From the IMG/VR virus record IMGVR_UViG_3300025133_000034: DNA of 64,000 nucleotides. One strand, written 5' to 3'. Below the pieces are notes generated by a model. That model worked only from the letters and a program-made list of their open reading frames with translations. It was not told the origin of the DNA and did not search any database. A program made the position numbers and the translations under genes. Positions 18,221-29,448 of the stretch are shown here, in pieces. The first letter of the stretch is position 1. Every line of letters starts with the position of its first letter. Source of the stretch: an uncultured virus (IMG/VR IMGVR_UViG_3300025133_000034). Lineage: Duplodnaviria > Heunggongvirae > Uroviricota > Caudoviricetes.

Positions 18221-21200
18221 TTAGTTAGTTATAATAAAATATTTATCTAACATCGGTAGGTGCAATCCAGAAGTTCTAGCTTCTTCAAACAATTTAATAC
18301 GACAAAGCAGTTTTAAAGCTGTCGTGGTGCCTAGGCCGCTAGTACCCCAGTCTCCTCCGGATTGTTGTTGTATATTGGTTATGTCTTCTTTAGTTATCGG
18401 TCTCCAAGAAGTTCCATCGTCTTTTGCTATGCGGGACTTTGTTGCCGAGCCGAAGCCCGGGAGACTGGCGGTGACGGCGCTATATGGATCATATACCTCT
18501 ATCCCCGCTAATAGATCTATATTCACGAATCTAAAACCTGCATTTTCTGCAGTGAGTTCGTTACCGGTCATTGAAAGACCCGATTCATATTCAAGGCCTA
18601 TACCTAGGTTGTCCTTAAAAGTATCTTTCAAATACGCTCCGGCGACGCCGGACCACCCCGCGGTTAAAAACACTATAATATTTGGTAATAGGGTAGCTGT
18701 ATAATCAGAATCAGGAACAATAGTTTTCTTCTCCGAATATTTTATAAAGTCTTTTATGTTCGGGTTGGAAAGGAGTTCACGGAACCACACGGAAGTGTCG
18801 ACGGTGCCGTCTGAATAATCGCTCTTTATATGCAGACCCGGGTCACTGCTTTCAGTATGATATTCTTCTGCATCTGGCTCATCGGGACCGATGACGCCAG
18901 GACGCTTTGAAAAATCATAGTTATAAAATTTTGCAAAATTTGAAGGCGAATGTATCTGCATTCCAAAATTTTTAAAAATATTTTTGTAAGCCTCTCTTAC
19001 CTTAAGTTTATTGCGGGCCGCGGCCTTCTGGCTTGTTTGCCAGTTGTGTGGGCCCAGAGTTATGGAGTCCAACAAATCAGCATGAGGATTTGTTTCCTTG
19101 TTTATCGCGTGATTTATAGCTGCTATCAACAGCTGCTCGCTGGACCCTATATCCCCGAACTCCGAAGTCGTGACTAAGTTATCGTTGCCATTTTTGATAA
19201 GCGAGGACGCGAGCTTGGTAAATACGTGATATACAAAATCTGGGTTTTTTTCAACGCCCGAGAGAGAGTCCGAAATTTCTATTATTGAAGGAGCCAAAAA
19301 GGAACACCCCATGGTCGCCAGCGACGGGGCGGGGTCGGATGGCAGGCCGAGCGCTGCGAAGGCAGTGGCAAAGTTCGCGCTCGGCGTCGCGAACTTTGCC
19401 CACAGGCCGCCTGCGCCACCTCCCAATTGGGAGGTGGCGACGGTACCACCATAAAACTTTGCTGTTTCTAGTACGCACCTGGTTATATATTCGTCAACAC
19501 TAACTTTTCTTAAGCCAGTCGGCCGATTGGGGTCACCTAGGGCGGGGGATGAAATAGTACCTGAGGACCAATCTTCTTTAATTTTAAGATACTCAACATA
19601 TATATCCTTGTTTGAAGAGCCCTCAAACAAATTGTAAAAAGTGTGCTCTTCGTGAATTAAATTATCTGTAGGAGAGACAGTAACATCATAAAAATTATTA
19701 TAATTATAGCCATTAGCTAGAGTTTTACTAGCTAGCTCGGATCCTGTTTTGTTAAGTTTTGTTACATCAAGCAAATCTTCAAGTTTTTTTATCACTGTCT
19801 CAGTAAAACTAATAACAAAATTAATACCTTGCGGATTTCCGTTTACTGGGCTAATAAGATTTGTTATTGTTCCCACATCGGCTATACTTGAGAGGCCAAA
19901 AATATATTTTACTTTTTTCAGCATAGTAATAATGGGGGTCGTATCTTCAGTCATTATTTTGAGTCTACTATTAGATTCTAGATCTATCATAAACTGTCCT
20001 GCGAAAGCATTCGATTTATTATCATAGTAGGGCCTCCAATCTTTTTTTAGCCTCTCAGCTCCTACATCCCCCACCTTCGTCACCTTGACGAGATTTATGT
20101 TTCCCTTATTATAGTTACCTGCAGCAAACTGATAATACTCTGTTAGAAGACCCTTAACTTGTACAATCTCTCTCAAAAGATCACTTAAATATGAGTATGA
20201 AGCATCTTCAAAAACGACTTCTAGTCTATATTGGTACTGTCCTGTGGCCAGATCTGCTATGTTTTTATCACAGAATTCATAAAAGGGCGTCTCATTTGTG
20301 GAGCCCATTAGCCCTTCGATCTTAACAAGACCTTGTTTAATAGAGTCACCGGGGACGTCTACAGAGGGATCCCATTTAGAAACCAAATAAGATGGCTCCT
20401 CATATGAAGTATCATTTGCCCATTTTTCTCTTTTGCTATTTATGGCTTGTTTTTTAACTCGATCGCGGTATAGCTTGATTTCTAAAATCTTAGAATTATT
20501 TATTATTTTTTGTCTTTCTTCATATATTAGTTTAGCGCCTTGCGGAAGAATAAGTTGTTCGCCTCCGTCCATCGCCATGGCGGCCGCGTTGCCTGCGACG
20601 GGGCCCTCGCTCCAAGCAATCGCGAGGGCCTCTGTGGCGTCGAGCCCGGGGTCATCCTCGGGTGCAGAGGCGCCGAGCCAGGCCTGCGACAGCTTAATTA
20701 TTGGGTCTTGGTCAAAAAGAATAGGAAAAATTTTAGAATTATTAAATAAAAACTCTCTCTTATCAATATAAAAAACGCCGCGTGAAGATCCGTGCATATC
20801 ACGCGTTAAATATAATTTCGAAAATTCTGAGTCGTTATCATAGTATGAGACACCAGTTGAATTATAGTGGGCCTCCTTGCCGCCTGAGCCGGCGCCAAAT
20901 TTGCTAAGATACTTACGAGTCTCTTTTTGGAAAGGCGACAAGAACATATTAATTGAACCTTGTACGTTCTGATCCAAAGCGAAAACTGGATTATCAACTC
21001 CCAAGCCCAGGAACCCATCATAATATTCAGTATTGCTGCTTCTAAAATCTTGTATCTTATCATTCGGCACTTCACGCAATGCTAATTTAGGTTGATCAAC
21101 TTCTGGCATATGTCTCTCACCTACCATCCAGCCACGATTTTCGCCAAAGCCGCCGTCGCCCGAATAACCATCCGATGCAGGATTGTGTGTACTATGCAAA

Positions 21201-22102
21201 TGAACAGAGCCCTCCCATGTTTCACCGCCTGGAATAGTGAAGGCCTCGCGAGTTTGGGCCGGCTTTCCGTCTTTGAGAACTATTTCAGTGTTAACGGGGC
21301 CCTCAATAACATATCTTTCTAGTGTTTCTGATTGTCCAAAAACAGTGCTAATATCTTCATATAAACCAGTTTCTAGAAAGAAATGTGGAACATGTAGCAT
21401 AGAATAAAATAAAAATCCTAAATCCGGATTATCATTAACATTGTGCTTAAAAGACTGCTGAAACGGTATAATATAATATGCCTCTCCATTTATTATTTCT
21501 TCTCTTACCTTCCCGCCAGTAGTCTCGGCGGCCTCTAGAAACTGACCAGAAAGTCCTTCTACAATAGAAGAGCCCTGTATTCTTAATGGTGGTGTATATA
21601 AGTCGTTATCAAAATCACTAGCTTCTGGAAAAATAGAACTTTCTATGCCGCGGCCATAATAGCCAGGCACTGCATCAGAAGACCCACCATAGAAACCAGC
21701 GTACCCCTCTATCTGCCATGAATCAACGGAAGACCTAGGTAAATACCCATCTCCAAGATCCTGGTGAACAACATAAACATTTCCCGGGGACGTACGGATG
21801 ATGGCGTCGCCAGCCTCGGCGCCGGCGGTGGGCTCATTACTGGCCAATAATTTTTTAATATTGTTTGCACTTCTAAATGGTATGACCTCTATAAACATCG
21901 AATCATATATATTGGCACCTAAAATATTAAAGTTGTTTAACCAATTTGAACTCTGTAAGGCTGCAGCTTTTTGATATAATTCAATATGTAGCGTTACCAA
22001 CATATCCTCTGGGTTTTCCGGGTGGTTTTCTAAGACAACTTTCTTGCAATATACATGAGGAAGTAAGCCACCACCGGTTATAGTATCTAATATAGCCGAC
22101 AT
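18221..22102 (-). CDS. Large hypothetical structural protein, ~1293 aa
   Basis: Long ORF in the baseplate module; TAATG coupling with the upstream gene at 22102. Confidence 0.7.
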   Translation of the reverse strand: MSAILDTITGGGLLPHVYCKKVVLENHPENPEDMLVTLHIELYQKAAALQSSNWLNNFNILGANIYDSMFIEVIPFRSANNIKKLLASNEPTAGAEAGDAIIRTSPGNVYVVHQDLGDGYLPRSSVDSWQIEGYAGFYGGSSDAVPGYYGRGIESSIFPEASDFDNDLYTPPLRIQGSSIVEGLSGQFLEAAETTGGKVREEIINGEAYYIIPFQQSFKHNVNDNPDLGFLFYSMLHVPHFFLETGLYEDISTVFGQSETLERYVIEGPVNTEIVLKDGKPAQTREAFTIPGGETWEGSVHLHSTHNPASDGYSGDGGFGENRGWMVGERHMPEVDQPKLALREVPNDKIQDFRSSNTEYYDGFLGLGVDNPVFALDQNVQGSINMFLSPFQKETRKYLSKFGAGSGGKEAHYNSTGVSYYDNDSEFSKLYLTRDMHGSSRGVFYIDKREFLFNNSKIFPILFDQDPIIKLSQAWLGASAPEDDPGLDATEALAIAWSEGPVAGNAAAMAMDGGEQLILPQGAKLIYEERQKIINNSKILEIKLYRDRVKKQAINSKREKWANDTSYEEPSYLVSKWDPSVDVPGDSIKQGLVKIEGLMGSTNETPFYEFCDKNIADLATGQYQYRLEVVFEDASYSYLSDLLREIVQVKGLLTEYYQFAAGNYNKGNINLVKVTKVGDVGAERLKKDWRPYYDNKSNAFAGQFMIDLESNSRLKIMTEDTTPIITMLKKVKYIFGLSSIADVGTITNLISPVNGNPQGINFVISFTETVIKKLEDLLDVTKLNKTGSELASKTLANGYNYNNFYDVTVSPTDNLIHEEHTFYNLFEGSSNKDIYVEYLKIKEDWSSGTISSPALGDPNRPTGLRKVSVDEYITRCVLETAKFYGGTVATSQLGGGAGGLWAKFATPSANFATAFAALGLPSDPAPSLATMGCSFLAPSIIEISDSLSGVEKNPDFVYHVFTKLASSLIKNGNDNLVTTSEFGDIGSSEQLLIAAINHAINKETNPHADLLDSITLGPHNWQTSQKAAARNKLKVREAYKNIFKNFGMQIHSPSNFAKFYNYDFSKRPGVIGPDEPDAEEYHTESSDPGLHIKSDYSDGTVDTSVWFRELLSNPNIKDFIKYSEKKTIVPDSDYTATLLPNIIVFLTAGWSGVAGAYLKDTFKDNLGIGLEYESGLSMTGNELTAENAGFRFVNIDLLAGIEVYDPYSAVTASLPGFGSATKSRIAKDDGTSWRPITKEDITNIQQQSGGDWGTSGLGTTTALKLLCRIKLFEEARTSGLHLPMLDKYFIITN

Positions 22103-23097
22103 TAACAAATTTCTCCTGGATCACTATCGATACCATTTTCGTATATATTAAATACTTTTCTCTTCTGTTTATTGAGAAGATCTTGACAGAATTGTGTTCT
22201 TGGATCTGCAAAGGCACCTAGAGTGTCATCAACCGGGTCTAACTTACACAACAATTCATCGTCGATTTCATCGTCAATTTTTATATCAAAATAATATTCA
22301 GATTGTGTTATGTCTTCTTCTGGGTCGACTTCATCTATAAAATCCATTTCTTTTTCTGGATCATGCCGCACAGAAAAGGCTAGAGGCCTTAAAGTTTCAA
22401 TAGTCTTGTCGCCTTGTATTTCTTCTTCTATTTCATACAGTTCTACATCATAATTTTTTTTCTGAGAAAGACCATTAATCTCGCCTATTTTCATTAAAAC
22501 GAACATATCCTCCTCTGTTGATGTAATAGCTATATCAGACAGCACTGGGCCGCCTTCGAACTCATCCTCCATGGAGGTGTCATCACTGATGTCTTCAAAA
22601 TTAATGTATTTAACCTCTGTATGGCTATCCAGCTGGGGTATGAAAACATTGTTGGTACCACCTGTTTTGTCGACTAAAGTCTGGTAATCAGTGGCTCCCG
22701 ACAGGTACCCATTTAAAAAATGCACAGACCAAGATGGAGCGTATTCTGCATTTGCATCGGAGACTCCAAGTGGTTGTATCAGGGTATAATTTTTTTCTGC
22801 CGTTTTTTGAAAAGAAGTCGGTGGCGTGCCTTCTAATAAAATCTTTGCATAACTATTGCCAAATTCTTTCTCCAAAGGAGAAAAGCTTATTTGTGGTTTA
22901 CAAGTTTGTGTAGTTTTGATTCTCGGCTCGGCGTCGTTTTGTTCTTCAGGAAGACCGGTCGTGCTAGAATTATATACTATATTATCATCAAAAAATGAAT
23001 AATATACAGGTTTGAACCCCCCCTTAGATAATAAGTGGCGTCCAAATTGAGTAATTTTAAGATCTATCACTTCCTCTTTCTTGTTAAAAAATTCCAT
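22102..23097 (-). CDS. Structural protein whose N-terminus is paralogous to 13834-15039
   Basis: IDLKITQFGRHLLSKGGFKPVYYSFFDDNIVY aligns with LDAVLTDTGRLRLAQGDGSFKIAKFALGDDEINY. Confidence 0.65.
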   Translation of the reverse strand: MEFFNKKEEVIDLKITQFGRHLLSKGGFKPVYYSFFDDNIVYNSSTTGLPEEQNDAEPRIKTTQTCKPQISFSPLEKEFGNSYAKILLEGTPPTSFQKTAEKNYTLIQPLGVSDANAEYAPSWSVHFLNGYLSGATDYQTLVDKTGGTNNVFIPQLDSHTEVKYINFEDISDDTSMEDEFEGGPVLSDIAITSTEEDMFVLMKIGEINGLSQKKNYDVELYEIEEEIQGDKTIETLRPLAFSVRHDPEKEMDFIDEVDPEEDITQSEYYFDIKIDDEIDDELLCKLDPVDDTLGAFADPRTQFCQDLLNKQKRKVFNIYENGIDSDPGEIC

Positions 23098-26000
23098 TAT
23101 TTTGTCACCCCAATTTCTATATCAATCTTGGCCGTTTCTATCAACGAAAAGTAGTCATAAGGCCAGTTGGCGCCGTACACTTCTTTAACTTTTATATTTT
23201 CTAATAAGCTGCCTCCCTGAAAAACAAGCCATGGATTGGGCCCAGTGTTGATATACTGGCTGTTCAAGACTGTGTGAATTTGTTTGGAACGGTATTCTTT
23301 AAAATCTTTGTTGCCGCGCTGCTTAACTTTAAAAACCATAAAGCGAAGATTTTCATAAAACCCTTTTGCTCCTTCTTCTTTCAACCAGGTTGGTATTATA
23401 CTTGATTGTTCATCACAATATTTTATAAATAAATCATTTTCAAGTGGGTTTCCACCATGCATTAAGGGGGGTGTCAAAAAGTTCTCTAGGCCCCTGTCGA
23501 CGAGGTAATCGTTATCAAACCCACCGAGCGCGTCCATATCGAGGCCATCCGAGTTGCCGGGGAGGGGGTGTCCGCTTTCCTCGAAGGCCTTCATCGCCGC
23601 AGACAGCTCGTCGGCGTCTCCGGAGTACGTTTTCACCATATGTTCGAGGACGTGGAGACCCGTCAGCTGGAGCTGGGCTCTATTTGTTCTATGATTTTTT
23701 GCCATAAATGGTACCCAAGAAGGCAGGCGATGGGCTCCAGCACCGGGCATCGGCTTCGGGAAGACTGCGGTTCGACGGGTCGGGAAGACAGGCAGCTGCT
23801 CATCGGCCCTAGAAGCAAAACGAGCAGCTTTCGGCATTATACCTTGATACATATCAACTAAATCCTGTTTATCGAATGTGTGCTTAAAAGGCATTATTAC
23901 CATTTGAAACGGCTTCACTGTCCTATTGTGCACAAAATCAAACTCTGGAGGAAGCTGAAACCCTAAGTTATGGCTATAAGACAGATTAGCACTTCCTTCT
24001 GGATGAGGGGTTAAATCTCCTACAATCTGCTTTATCATGTTACCAACATCAGTACCTAAGGCCGTATTTAAGTTGGCTTCAAAATTTTGTGAATTAGGTG
24101 CTCCATCTATATCATAACTCATCTTTGAGGCCTTCGGCAGGTGCGCAGGCCCGTGGGTGTCCCCCCTCTTGTAAGCGGGAATGTATTTTTTTGTCAACAA
24201 TAAACTTAGCATTTGATTAAAGAGATCGTCTTGCACTGGCAAAAAATGTTTACCCGGTATTATTTCACGGGTACAGTATAATTGTTTTTGGCCGTACGCG
24301 GTTTCTTCAGAGAATTTTTGTTCAAAAGTGGCCTTGTTGCCGTCGTCGAGGTCGAGTTCCACAGTGACAGTGTGGCCATTAAGAACCTGTATCTTGTTAT
24401 GAGGATTAAATACTATTGGCTCCTCTAAGTAAGGAATTATAACAATGGCTTCATGAACGTCCTTCTGCGAAGCTATTTGCCCTAACTTATATTCAGCTTT
24501 TCTAAATTCTAGGACATCACATAGAGACCCCGTTAGATGACCAGTGTCGGTTGCACTTGAAGTTGGGCTTCCCATTGTGTAGAACCCTTCGGTGTCGACA
24601 CCTATCTCGTCAACAAACGTGGCGGACGGCTCATTCTCTTCTTCACTACCAAGATATATATCTTTCACGGTCAGATAAAGGCCTTTTGTTATCTTTCCGC
24701 GGGCAGCATTATCGTTGAAGCCTAATTTATCATATATACTATTCATTGCAGCCATATCATAGGGGTCTGTGCCATATCCTCCCCAGAGGCCGCGGCCAGT
24801 AGTATAATCATGATATCTATTACTAACTAATTTATTAGAGTAAGCCGGCATGTCATAGGCGTCGTTGTGAGCGTTCTTGCTGGCAAACTCTGTTACCGCA
24901 GACCATGAAGCGGAGAAGTCTAATATTGGACATGTCCACCATGGAGCAACAAAAGAAGTGTAGCCCATGGTGTCTCCGGTCTCGATCTTGTATATGGGTA
25001 TAGCCTTTGAAAATTCTAAACTGGCATCTACTTTCATCCTGGAACCGGCTCCTCGTGATACAGATGATGTGCCCGGGAGTGATAAGCATAGTCCGTCGAG
25101 ATCGCCATGGGCGTTGCCGGTTATATAACTCTCATAATAAAAAGTGTTTTCCTTTCCTAAAGAAGAGAACCATACATCTTGATATTGGTCTGTAGTGTTA
25201 GCTGGTTCATATTTTAATATTTTGCTACTTGGACCGTAGAAATATGGTGGTGTGTATGCTTGATAAGCGGGGTCCTGCAAATTATAGTAAAAATACATTT
25301 CGTAATCATTTTGAGCTAATGTAACTTCATTGAAAAACAGCTGTTGATTAGCCTTGGAAAATGACGTGCCGGCCAAGGGTGTCTCGCGCGCGGTCGCGTT
25401 GTTGGCTGCCACAACTTCTATCGGAGGACCATATATATATCCTCTCATTGTGGATCCGTAAGCGCCAAGTCCGACATTCGTTGACGCGGTACCGGCGAGT
25501 CCGGCGCGGCGTGGGCCTTCACATATTATTTGATGATTCCCCATCTTTAAACCAATTTCCATAAAATATTTTTTATTTTCATCTAGAGTGGGTATCACAT
25601 CAGTAATCGGCGCGGCTCTGTTAGGAGTAATAACTTGAAATTTTATACCTGCCGGCATGTTCATATCCACGGACTTCTCGGCGTCAGCTAAAAAGAAGTC
25701 CATCATCTCAGCTAGAAAGTTATTCATTGAGGAATTATAAATTAAAACTTTTGCGTTGTTCTCATAATGCGGCTGATTGAACCCGGCCTTGCCTAGTGTT
25801 TTAAAGATGGCGCCGGCATTGTCTGCGATCGCACCTGTGCCGGCATGGAGAGCATTGTTTAAACCACCTTCATGCCATGATCGTCCTTCAGCTGTTCTAC
25901 GATCTAGGTCCACAAAATCAGAAGGTAGAAACAGGTTCCTATCTGCCAAGAGATTCATTTTGCCATCTAACAAACCGTATAAAGCTGCAAAGGGCAAACG

Positions 26001-29000
26001 ATGTGAGGGGGCGTTTGCTAAGATTGATGGATAACATCTAGAGCTTCCCATCATGTACGCACCACCATAATTAAAAGTAGAAGAAACAGCAGACGTCACG
26101 TTGTCTCCACTATAGAAGTCCGTAGGCATATAATAAACTGGCACATTTTGTTTGTTTATAATCCCAACGTCCTGCGCGTACATTGGCCAATCAACAGCAA
26201 TGCCGGACTTGATAGAATTATATAATAGGCCCGGGCCAAAGAGGGGTTCTAGAAAAGTCTGCTTTATCATCGCCGCTTGTGTTCTTTGGTTTGGAACTCC
26301 GTAGCACGAGCCGCTTTGATAGCTGACTGCTAATGATGGATTATGATCATGAGACCGCGGTGGACTACCTTGAAGAATTCGGCGGCCCGGGCCGGAGTCA
26401 TGTAAGAAAGCTTCTGCAAATTGCGCCGCTAATTGTACTGTTCTAGTAACAGGGTAAAATCCATCTCTAATGCGCATTTTTTTGATGGTGTTGGCCCTAA
26501 ACGTAATCTTAGATGGGATAGTATTCTTACCATTTTTAAATCCCTCACCATTGTCAAAGCTCATCAGATTGGAAAAAGCTTTAAGAGTGTCTGTTTCTCC
26601 GAATAAAGATGCAAATTTAGCTGCTTGTCGATCTCGGGCCCAGTGGTTTGTAGAAGAAGCGCCGTACTTCCCATAACTTCCAGTTTCTGTAACATCGAAC
26701 AATGAAGAAGAGCCTTCGGGGTCAGATACATCTTTATATTTTAACAACTCGCTGGGTGTTGAAACTATCTTGTTTGTCCCGTTCTTATATTCGACATTGG
26801 TGCCGCCTAATTGATTTAAGCCCGAGGCCGGCAGATCTCCAGCCCACGCTTCTTCGCCGGCGGTGACTTGGTACACTTGAAGGGGGTGTTGGTTGCCGGC
26901 AAGGTTTTCCTGCATCCAAGCCGCCAGCTCGGGATTGTACGTCGCAGTGAAGTAATCGCTATCTCTTATGCTTATGACGTTTCTTAAACTAGAAAGAGTG
27001 CCGGTTCGTGACCCGTCATTGAGAAATTCTCTAGCGTTGGCGTCCTCTGCAGCAGCTGCCGTATAAGTTCTCTCAGCGCCGTCTGTGGCTCTAAGTGTTA
27101 TCGTTTGTCCATTAATCAGATTATTAAGATTAGTTATATGTATCCTGTACCTTCCTGGCTTGTCTGCAACAATTGCTGCGTTTTTTACATAATCATTTTG
27201 TGCACTAGACGTAACAACGGCGCCGTGGATCTCTAAAAAGTCAAACTTATGAGAACTATAATTCAAAGGGTTCTGGTCGGTGTCATCAGCTAAGGTTGGT
27301 AAAAAAAGCTTCACTTGATTGTCTGTAAACACAACTTGCTTATAGTTTTGCACTTCAAAAAGTCCGATATCTCGTCGCATTTGACTCATAATCCTAGGTG
27401 CTTCACCAGATGAAGTAAAGTACTCTTCTAGGTGATCCGACGCGTTATATTCAGGTATGATCGTGTAATCTCTACCAAGATGTTTGAGTTCGTTACCAAT
27501 AAATGCATTATAAGAATTATGATATGGATCAACTCCTCGTATTTTGTCTGTAGCATAAAATGGCGAGTTATATGGAAAAGTATGTCGCAAATATTGTGGT
27601 GAAGCTTTGCCCATACCGTAACCATCTAGGTTCGTCTCCGCGCTGCCTGTTCTATAAAAGAACAAAGTTGGTTTTGTGCTATAAACTAGTTCACCGGCTG
27701 AGCCAGTGTTAAGATTGTATATACTCGAAGTAATAACTGTGGGCTTCTTGGTTGCCGCGTTATCTTCGCCCAACTCACTAACATAAGAGCCGGTTTTACT
27801 AAAATAAGGATAGCCGGCGCGATGAGGAGTAAGCCCTATATGGGTGCCGCGGCCGCCAATGCTAGATGTTAGATAAACTGGCCTCTCATATATATCCTGG
27901 CGTGGGTCTAGTGGCCACATACTCAAGGCGCTTAATTCATATGGCTGATATGATTCTAATTGAATAAAAGCACCGTATGGCTGTATACCGGGGATTTCTC
28001 CCAAGTCTACTTCTGAACCCGTCATAACGTTGTGTTGACTTGCAACAACACCGTTCATCGAAAAAGTAACACGGTTATTCCAGGGGGTGTCACCGACCAG
28101 CGTGTCAAAAAGCTGCCTAGAGCCCGTGTTCATTAAAGCAGCTGCTGAGGCGGTCCAATAACTAGACACAGAAGATGTAAGCACTGTAGTGTTTGTATCA
28201 GCGTTCTTATATCTAGTATCTTCTGGTTCAGATCCATAAAACGGTACCGTATCGTTAATAAAAAGAGAATTTTTTGCAGCGCCGTCGGTGCGCATCCTAG
28301 TTATCCCATTAGACACGGCGGATGCAGCGCCGCCGCCCTGTTGGTCCCTCCAAAAACTTATTCTTTTTCCAGGCTTTTTATCATACATTTTTGAGCCGGA
28401 TGGGATTAGGTCGGAGGACATATTTGCCATAGAAGAAGCTTCTTCGTAATTGTCTCTTTTTAATTTATAGGGCCTATATGCATTAATACTTCTAGGATAT
28501 AGTCTTTCTGAATATACAAAGGCAGAGGCGAGCTTACCTGTGGCATCCTTAAAAAATAAATATTGCTCATGTTTTAATTTTCTCTGAGGCACGTCACCCG
28601 GTTTTGAGCCTGTAAGTGGGTCTCCAGAAGATATTCTTAGCGTTGCATTCATTTCAGGATTAGAAAAAAATGACACTTCATTAACCAGAGACTGACGTAC
28701 GACCATCGAGGTACCCACCATATAAGTAAGGGGCTTGTATTTGGTTACCAACACTGGCTCATAAAATTGTTTTAAATTAATATTGCTATTATATAATCTA
28801 TTTAAGTGTTCAGAAGAATCAGGGTTCTCGACGACATAATTAGCTCCAATCCACCTACTTACTGGTATTGCAAACTTATCCGGACCATATAAACTTTCTA
28901 TTTTTTGTGATGCCTCGGCTGAGTGAAGTTCCCTTGTTACTTCTTCATACCTCTGTGTAGTACTGGCATTAGCTAATGTATTAGGTATTGGATTATTAAT

Positions 29001-29411
29001 ATCAATTGAAATTAGATTATTTCTTTTATAATATCTAGCTAGAGGATGTTGGCCTCCTCTCCAGTGTTTCCACATAGGGTGCCCATACGGACCATTGCGA
29101 TGCAGAAGAAGGGCGTTTAATATTCCCGCATCGCCTGGTTGGTCACTTGTGTTAGCAACTACATGAGTAATAAGACCGCCTTTATAATTAAAATCTGTTG
29201 TGGAATTCCATATTTGATTTTCATACCCTAGAGTATTTTCGCTAGAAGACAGTGGTTCGTTTATATTTGTATTTAAACCAACAAAATCATCTGGTATAAA
29301 ATCGTAGTTGGCGCCCTGACCCTGGGTGATGCCGCGGCGGCGCCCGGAGCCGACTTTGTAACTACCCAGATTGCTAGCACTTATAAAATTTAATGATCCG
29401 CTTATTGCCAT
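23097..29411 (-). CDS. Very large putative virion (baseplate/tail) protein, 2104 aa
   Basis: Long ORF with a GAGG RBS and many S/T-G/A/S-S motifs; no catalytic motif recognised. Confidence 0.7.
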   Translation of the reverse strand: MAISGSLNFISASNLGSYKVGSGRRRGITQGQGANYDFIPDDFVGLNTNINEPLSSSENTLGYENQIWNSTTDFNYKGGLITHVVANTSDQPGDAGILNALLLHRNGPYGHPMWKHWRGGQHPLARYYKRNNLISIDINNPIPNTLANASTTQRYEEVTRELHSAEASQKIESLYGPDKFAIPVSRWIGANYVVENPDSSEHLNRLYNSNINLKQFYEPVLVTKYKPLTYMVGTSMVVRQSLVNEVSFFSNPEMNATLRISSGDPLTGSKPGDVPQRKLKHEQYLFFKDATGKLASAFVYSERLYPRSINAYRPYKLKRDNYEEASSMANMSSDLIPSGSKMYDKKPGKRISFWRDQQGGGAASAVSNGITRMRTDGAAKNSLFINDTVPFYGSEPEDTRYKNADTNTTVLTSSVSSYWTASAAALMNTGSRQLFDTLVGDTPWNNRVTFSMNGVVASQHNVMTGSEVDLGEIPGIQPYGAFIQLESYQPYELSALSMWPLDPRQDIYERPVYLTSSIGGRGTHIGLTPHRAGYPYFSKTGSYVSELGEDNAATKKPTVITSSIYNLNTGSAGELVYSTKPTLFFYRTGSAETNLDGYGMGKASPQYLRHTFPYNSPFYATDKIRGVDPYHNSYNAFIGNELKHLGRDYTIIPEYNASDHLEEYFTSSGEAPRIMSQMRRDIGLFEVQNYKQVVFTDNQVKLFLPTLADDTDQNPLNYSSHKFDFLEIHGAVVTSSAQNDYVKNAAIVADKPGRYRIHITNLNNLINGQTITLRATDGAERTYTAAAAEDANAREFLNDGSRTGTLSSLRNVISIRDSDYFTATYNPELAAWMQENLAGNQHPLQVYQVTAGEEAWAGDLPASGLNQLGGTNVEYKNGTNKIVSTPSELLKYKDVSDPEGSSSLFDVTETGSYGKYGASSTNHWARDRQAAKFASLFGETDTLKAFSNLMSFDNGEGFKNGKNTIPSKITFRANTIKKMRIRDGFYPVTRTVQLAAQFAEAFLHDSGPGRRILQGSPPRSHDHNPSLAVSYQSGSCYGVPNQRTQAAMIKQTFLEPLFGPGLLYNSIKSGIAVDWPMYAQDVGIINKQNVPVYYMPTDFYSGDNVTSAVSSTFNYGGAYMMGSSRCYPSILANAPSHRLPFAALYGLLDGKMNLLADRNLFLPSDFVDLDRRTAEGRSWHEGGLNNALHAGTGAIADNAGAIFKTLGKAGFNQPHYENNAKVLIYNSSMNNFLAEMMDFFLADAEKSVDMNMPAGIKFQVITPNRAAPITDVIPTLDENKKYFMEIGLKMGNHQIICEGPRRAGLAGTASTNVGLGAYGSTMRGYIYGPPIEVVAANNATARETPLAGTSFSKANQQLFFNEVTLAQNDYEMYFYYNLQDPAYQAYTPPYFYGPSSKILKYEPANTTDQYQDVWFSSLGKENTFYYESYITGNAHGDLDGLCLSLPGTSSVSRGAGSRMKVDASLEFSKAIPIYKIETGDTMGYTSFVAPWWTCPILDFSASWSAVTEFASKNAHNDAYDMPAYSNKLVSNRYHDYTTGRGLWGGYGTDPYDMAAMNSIYDKLGFNDNAARGKITKGLYLTVKDIYLGSEEENEPSATFVDEIGVDTEGFYTMGSPTSSATDTGHLTGSLCDVLEFRKAEYKLGQIASQKDVHEAIVIIPYLEEPIVFNPHNKIQVLNGHTVTVELDLDDGNKATFEQKFSEETAYGQKQLYCTREIIPGKHFLPVQDDLFNQMLSLLLTKKYIPAYKRGDTHGPAHLPKASKMSYDIDGAPNSQNFEANLNTALGTDVGNMIKQIVGDLTPHPEGSANLSYSHNLGFQLPPEFDFVHNRTVKPFQMVIMPFKHTFDKQDLVDMYQGIMPKAARFASRADEQLPVFPTRRTAVFPKPMPGAGAHRLPSWVPFMAKNHRTNRAQLQLTGLHVLEHMVKTYSGDADELSAAMKAFEESGHPLPGNSDGLDMDALGGFDNDYLVDRGLENFLTPPLMHGGNPLENDLFIKYCDEQSSIIPTWLKEEGAKGFYENLRFMVFKVKQRGNKDFKEYRSKQIHTVLNSQYINTGPNPWLVFQGGSLLENIKVKEVYGANWPYDYFSLIETAKIDIEIGVTK

Positions 29412-29448
29412 TTTTTACCTCAATCCTTCCATATAATTAGATTATACC

